Shown: piece by piece, positions 35,246 through 38,954 of the stretch | How positions within the stretch are numbered: the first letter of the stretch is position 1 | Layout of the letters: each line of letters starts with the position of its first letter | From: an archaeon | GTDB lineage: Archaea > Undinarchaeota > Undinarchaeia > Undinarchaeales > JALTGF01 | Length of the DNA: 38,954 nt | Assembly (NCBI GenBank): GCA_027077325.1 | Contig: JALTGF010000019.1 | Span: forward strand, 1 to 38,954 | Direction of reading: 5' to 3' | Translations under genes and position numbers: made by a program | The notes under the pieces: model-generated | What the model was told of the DNA's origin: nothing | The model's database searches: none | The model's input: the letters and a program-made list of their open reading frames with translations, nothing else

Positions 35246-38200
35246 TTAATATACCCTGCGCTTAACAAGATATACCTGGAAGTAGAGCACAGATACAAAT
35301 ATTAGAACTGCAATTCCAAAAAGTAAGAGAATGGTGTAAAAAGAAACACCTGTTGGCTGTTCTTTGGTTGGCTCTACGACAGGAGTTGGTATCACTCTTT
35401 GCTTTTTTTCCACAACAGAAGGGATTATAAGGATAGTTGTATCCGAAGCTCCTACAAGGTTATTTGCATCCTTGCCAATTATAGTAAGCTTATAGTTACC
35501 GCTGCTTAGGGTATTAATCCCCTTTAGGTGTACTGAATAGTTTAAGGATTCACCGGGTGTTAATGACTTTGCGCTGGGAACAACAGAGTAGGTGATATTA
35601 TCAGGCAAACCAGTTACGGTTAAATAAACATCTTTTAGAGTCACTGAGTCTAAATTTTGAACTTCTACTAAGAAAGTTGAGTTAGTTGTATTTTCTGGGG
35701 ATGTCACATAAAATGTTGGACCAGTCCTAGCGCTTTCTGCTGCACCGCCCCCAGAGGAAGTTGAGGAGGAAGTTTTAGGAAGGGTATATGGGACTAGAGG
35801 TGCATAATCCCCACCAACAGAAATGTGCCCTTCTGATGTATAAGGAACCACATCACCAATTCCATCGCCATTTGTGTCAGTTCCATTATAATCGCTCCAG
35901 TAATTTCCTGCAATGTATGGACCACCTAAAATATTAGTGGAAGGTGTTTTTGTCACATTCCAATTGTTTTGGCCTTCAGCATCAGGATTGTAAGCATTTG
36001 TTTGATTATTATCGGCAATGTAGTTGTTATAAATTGTATTGTTGTATGATGAGTAAAATGTGTTATTTGCATAGAAATTGTCAAAGTCACCTGACAATGT
36101 TGGATGAGCACTATAAGATCCTATGAAAAGATGTACATACTGGTCACTGCTTACCCAGGAAGCTTTAGATGAATTAAAAGTGCCGTTTACTACCAAATGC
36201 CAGCGATTAGCAGAGTTATCCCAGTAATAACAACTGTAATTATACATTTCACCTATGTGACTTCTAGTTATTCTGAATTTTCCAGAGGTATCTGATGATG
36301 CTTTGAGTTTGTATTTTGCATAATTGTTTATTACAGCCCAGTATAGCTGATTATGACAACAATAATCCCTGGTTATATAAGTCACATGGTCTTCTGTCAA
36401 TTTATTCGGCACAACCTCAATGCCAAATTCTGGGTCTTCAACATTAGGGATACTTATGTTTGAGAAATCCACTTGAACATCAAAATCACCCCTAACAGCA
36501 AAATCAGATGCAAGAGCATATCCAGTACTTCCGAGAATATTATCTGTAATAGCAAAATGCGCCTTTCCAGGGGTAGTTACATTTATATCCGACAAAGCAC
36601 CAGTAAAACCTTGAACATATTCAGGGGTCCACTTTAGAGTATCTCCCTTTGAGGATGTATTTGTGAAGTTATCCGTGATATTGCTACTGGAGTTATAAAC
36701 GAATATTCCATAAGTGTTATTTGTCACATTGTTGTTGATTATTGTGTTATTACTTGAGAAGTATAACAGGATACCATATCCATTATCCAAAACAGTTTCA
36801 TTTGAGATTGTGTTATTATTTGAGGTGTGAAGGTAAATTCCAGCAAGAGTGTTGTTTACTTCTGTATTTTCAGACAAGGTGTTACCATTTGAAGCGTAGT
36901 ACAAGTAAACACCATTTCTTGAATTAGAACTGATGTAATTATTTTTAATCGTAGTGTTATTTGAGGAATCATATGCATAAACGCCGTCTAATGCATTAGA
37001 AGAGATTGTATTTCCCACCAAAAATGTGTTTTGAGAATTGATTAGGAAAACACCATCTTGAGAATTTGATGATATTGTACTTCCAGTTATGTTTATGTTT
37101 CCAGTGTTATTAAATAAGTAAATCCCATGGTGAGTGTTCAAATTGAAATCACTATTTGAAATTGTGACATTTTTGGAATTTATAATATTTAAGCCCTGAG
37201 AGTTATTCGATGAATCAACAGAGTCAATGACAGTATTGTTTGAGTAAAATATTTGGATTGGGTCGCCCCCAGAAGTATTCAAGTTTTTGAGCGTAAGATT
37301 GTTGGAATATGCTGCAATGATACATTTTGTGGGATTTGAATTTCCATCAAAAGTCACGCCAGAGGTATTAAGCAAGTAGTAGATAGGGAGGCCGTTTGCC
37401 CTGTTTGTGGTGTTAATGGTTTGATTATAATAAGTTAACTTATAACAATCAGAACATTGATAGTTGATAAAGATGCTATACCACCCATTATTATTAAATG
37501 AATTATTCTCAAACATATTTTTAGATGACCTGTACAATCTTACACCATAATCAAGGTTAGAGTTAATGGTATTGTTTAATACACGATTTTGAGCAGATGC
37601 ATCAAATGATATTCCAGACACATTGTTGGAGGATAATGTGTTGTTTGAGATATTATTATAGGATGACTGAGACCACAGAGCGATACCAGAACGATGGTTT
37701 GAATTGACGATATTATCAACAATATTATTATGTTGAGATTTTTTTAGTACAATCCCAGACTTTGACCTACTGTTGGCAACAACATTACCACTAACATTAT
37801 TGTAGTTTCCATAGGTAAATCGGATACCATACAAATTATATTCAACAGTATTATTTGCAATAAGATTATAACGAGATCCCCCCTGTAAGTATATACCCTC
37901 CTCAGAATTTGAGATGATTGTATTGTTTAAGATGACATTGTTATAACTGGGATTTACCCAAAATCCTTTGGAGTTTCCAGAAAACGTGTTATTGAAGATA
38001 TAAGAATTATGTAATGTGCCGTACCCTATTCCCTGCTTGTGGTTATTTGAAATGGTGTTATTTATGAGATTTAAGTGGTAGACACCATCAGTATAGATGC
38101 CTTCATGATGATTTGAACTTATATTGTTATTATCAGCAGTGAGATCATGTACTCCTCCTTGTAAGTATATCCCTTGGTAACTATTGAGAACATTAGAATA

Positions 38201-38954
38201 TTCTATTTTGCTATAATTTGTAGAAATTAGGCCAATGCGGTCTCCACTGTTGATATTTACATGAGAGATTGTGATATTTTTGCAGTAAGCAGCCGTTATA
38301 TGTTCTGTTTTATTGCTAGCATTGACAACAACATCTGAAACATTGAAAAGATAGATAATAGGGAAGTTATTTACTCTATTTGAAGGAGCCACAGTAACAT
38401 TATAATCTTTGCTATTGCTTCCCAAAACCATAAAGTTTATGCCACTGTTATTGTAGATAGAGTTGTTCGTGAGGCTTACGTGATTCCCAGCCCACCCTAT
38501 TTCGATACCAAATCCATGATTTGAAAAAACAGAATTGTTTTCTATATTTGTTTTAGAGGCATAATCGTTAATGAAGATACCATTTACATTATTATATATC
38601 TTATTGTGGATGATATAGGACGGCTGCCCAAAATAGACATATATGCCATAGGATGAACCATTAGCAATAGTGTTGTTAATGACATTAGTGCTATATACTT
38701 TGTTGAGATCTATATTTTTATCACTACTCTGAGAAATAGTATTATTTACAATTGAGACACCAGATGTGTAATGATAAACATAAACGCCCTTCTTGTTTGA
38801 GTAAATTCTATTATTAGTTACATTGCCATAAGAAGAGTATTTCAAAGCCACCCCACTGCCACCATTTGATTCAAAAGTGTTATTTTTAATTGAAGCATAT
38901 CTGCCATAGTAGGCAGAGATACCACTGCCGCCGTTATGGTTTATAGTTGAGTTT
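35246..38954 (-). CDS. giant cell-surface protein with parallel beta-helix (NosD/PbH1-like) repeats and a C-terminal TM anchor; N-terminus beyond the window
   Basis: The frame stays open to the window edge (...NSTINHNGGSGISAYYGRYASIKNNTFESNGGSG-VALKY...), so the GTG start in the ORF track is an artefact. Two beta-helix modules each begin N-R-x-N-x-x-P-I-x-Y-L-x-N. A beta-sandwich-like insert follows. NosD-type tail GNYWSDYNGTDTNGDGIGDVVPY. Then an S-rich linker, an Ig/CARDB-like domain, a TM helix and KRRVY. Confidence 0.8.
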   Translation of the reverse strand, partial: NSTINHNGGSGISAYYGRYASIKNNTFESNGGSGVALKYSSYGNVTNNRIYSNKKGVYVYHYTSGVSIVNNTISQSSDKNIDLNKVYSTNVINNTIANGSSYGIYVYFGQPSYIIHNKIYNNVNGIFINDYASKTNIENNSVFSNHGFGIEIGWAGNHVSLTNNSIYNNSGINFMVLGSNSKDYNVTVAPSNRVNNFPIIYLFNVSDVVVNASNKTEHITAAYCKNITISHVNINSGDRIGLISTNYSKIEYSNVLNSYQGIYLQGGVHDLTADNNNISSNHHEGIYTDGVYHLNLINNTISNNHKQGIGYGTLHNSYIFNNTFSGNSKGFWVNPSYNNVILNNTIISNSEEGIYLQGGSRYNLIANNTVEYNLYGIRFTYGNYNNVSGNVVANSRSKSGIVLKKSQHNNIVDNIVNSNHRSGIALWSQSSYNNISNNTLSSNNVSGISFDASAQNRVLNNTINSNLDYGVRLYRSSKNMFENNSFNNNGWYSIFINYQCSDCYKLTYYNQTINTTNRANGLPIYYLLNTSGVTFDGNSNPTKCIIAAYSNNLTLKNLNTSGGDPIQIFYSNNTVIDSVDSSNNSQGLNIINSKNVTISNSDFNLNTHHGIYLFNNTGNINITGSTISSNSQDGVFLINSQNTFLVGNTISSNALDGVYAYDSSNNTTIKNNYISSNSRNGVYLYYASNGNTLSENTEVNNTLAGIYLHTSNNNTISNETVLDNGYGILLYFSSNNTIINNNVTNNTYGIFVYNSSSNITDNFTNTSSKGDTLKWTPEYVQGFTGALSDINVTTPGKAHFAITDNILGSTGYALASDFAVRGDFDVQVDFSNISIPNVEDPEFGIEVVPNKLTEDHVTYITRDYCCHNQLYWAVINNYAKYKLKASSDTSGKFRITRSHIGEMYNYSCYYWDNSANRWHLVVNGTFNSSKASWVSSDQYVHLFIGSYSAHPTLSGDFDNFYANNTFYSSYNNTIYNNYIADNNQTNAYNPDAEGQNNWNVTKTPSTNILGGPYIAGNYWSDYNGTDTNGDGIGDVVPYTSEGHISVGGDYAPLVPYTLPKTSSSTSSGGGAAESARTGPTFYVTSPENTTNSTFLVEVQNLDSVTLKDVYLTVTGLPDNITYSVVPSAKSLTPGESLNYSVHLKGINTLSSGNYKLTIIGKDANNLVGASDTTILIIPSVVEKKQRVIPTPVVEPTKEQPTGVSFYTILLLFGIAVLIFVSVLYFQVYLVKRRVY

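Noticed and set aside
35246-38954. Diversity-generating retroelement target or phase-variable surface gene
   Set aside because: No reverse transcriptase and no template/variable repeat pair are present in the window. The internal repeats are degenerate at the DNA level.
1-38954. CRISPR arrays, IS elements, rRNA genes, toxin-antitoxin or known defence systems
   Set aside because: No regularly spaced direct repeats, no transposase/integrase/Cas-like proteins and no rRNA-like conserved blocks were seen on either strand. The NTase at 6975..7577 has no HEPN partner next to it.

Overview
AT-rich, tightly packed archaeal chromosome segment. G+C looks like roughly one third by eye; I did not compute it. 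The archaeal call rests on an ATP-dependent DNA ligase, Elp3, an archaeal-type AsnRS, FtsZ, tRNAs with bulge-helix-bulge (BHB) introns, and TATA-like boxes about 25-35 nt upstream of many start codons. I support about 36 protein genes. Housekeeping genes: asnS, ftsZ, lig, sppA, elp3, nfi, ileS, pyrF, pyrE. There is a citrate-handling island: aclB-aclA (ATP-citrate lyase), a divergent wHTH regulator, then acn-icd and an amino-acid permease. Three transporters are present. A giant beta-helix surface protein runs off the right edge. Several lineage-specific proteins have no family I can recognise. There are four tRNA genes and all four are interrupted. tRNA-Ile(UAU) has a canonical 37/38 intron. 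tRNA-Glu(CUC), tRNA-Glu(UUC) and tRNA-Leu(UAG) each carry an intron in the T-loop (59/60) with the same strict BHB architecture. These tRNAs are the G+C-rich islands that the ORF track covers with spurious ORFs. Gene packing is extreme: 4-nt ATGA overlaps at 17926-17929, 31283-31286 and 34628-34631, a 20-nt acn/icd overlap, and a zero-nt tail-to-tail junction at 14372/14373. I found no CRISPR array, rRNA, transposase, integrase, reverse transcriptase or recognisable defence genes. Best candidates for something undescribed: (i) the shared T-loop intron family; (ii) a 910-aa protein built from about 5-6 tandem winged-helix-like modules, divergent from ftsZ; (iii) an operon of two small membrane proteins plus an internally duplicated 409-aa helical protein, next to two coiled-coil orphans; (iv) an orphan gene translationally coupled between pyrF and pyrE. 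All functional calls come from reading motifs by eye; no database search was possible.
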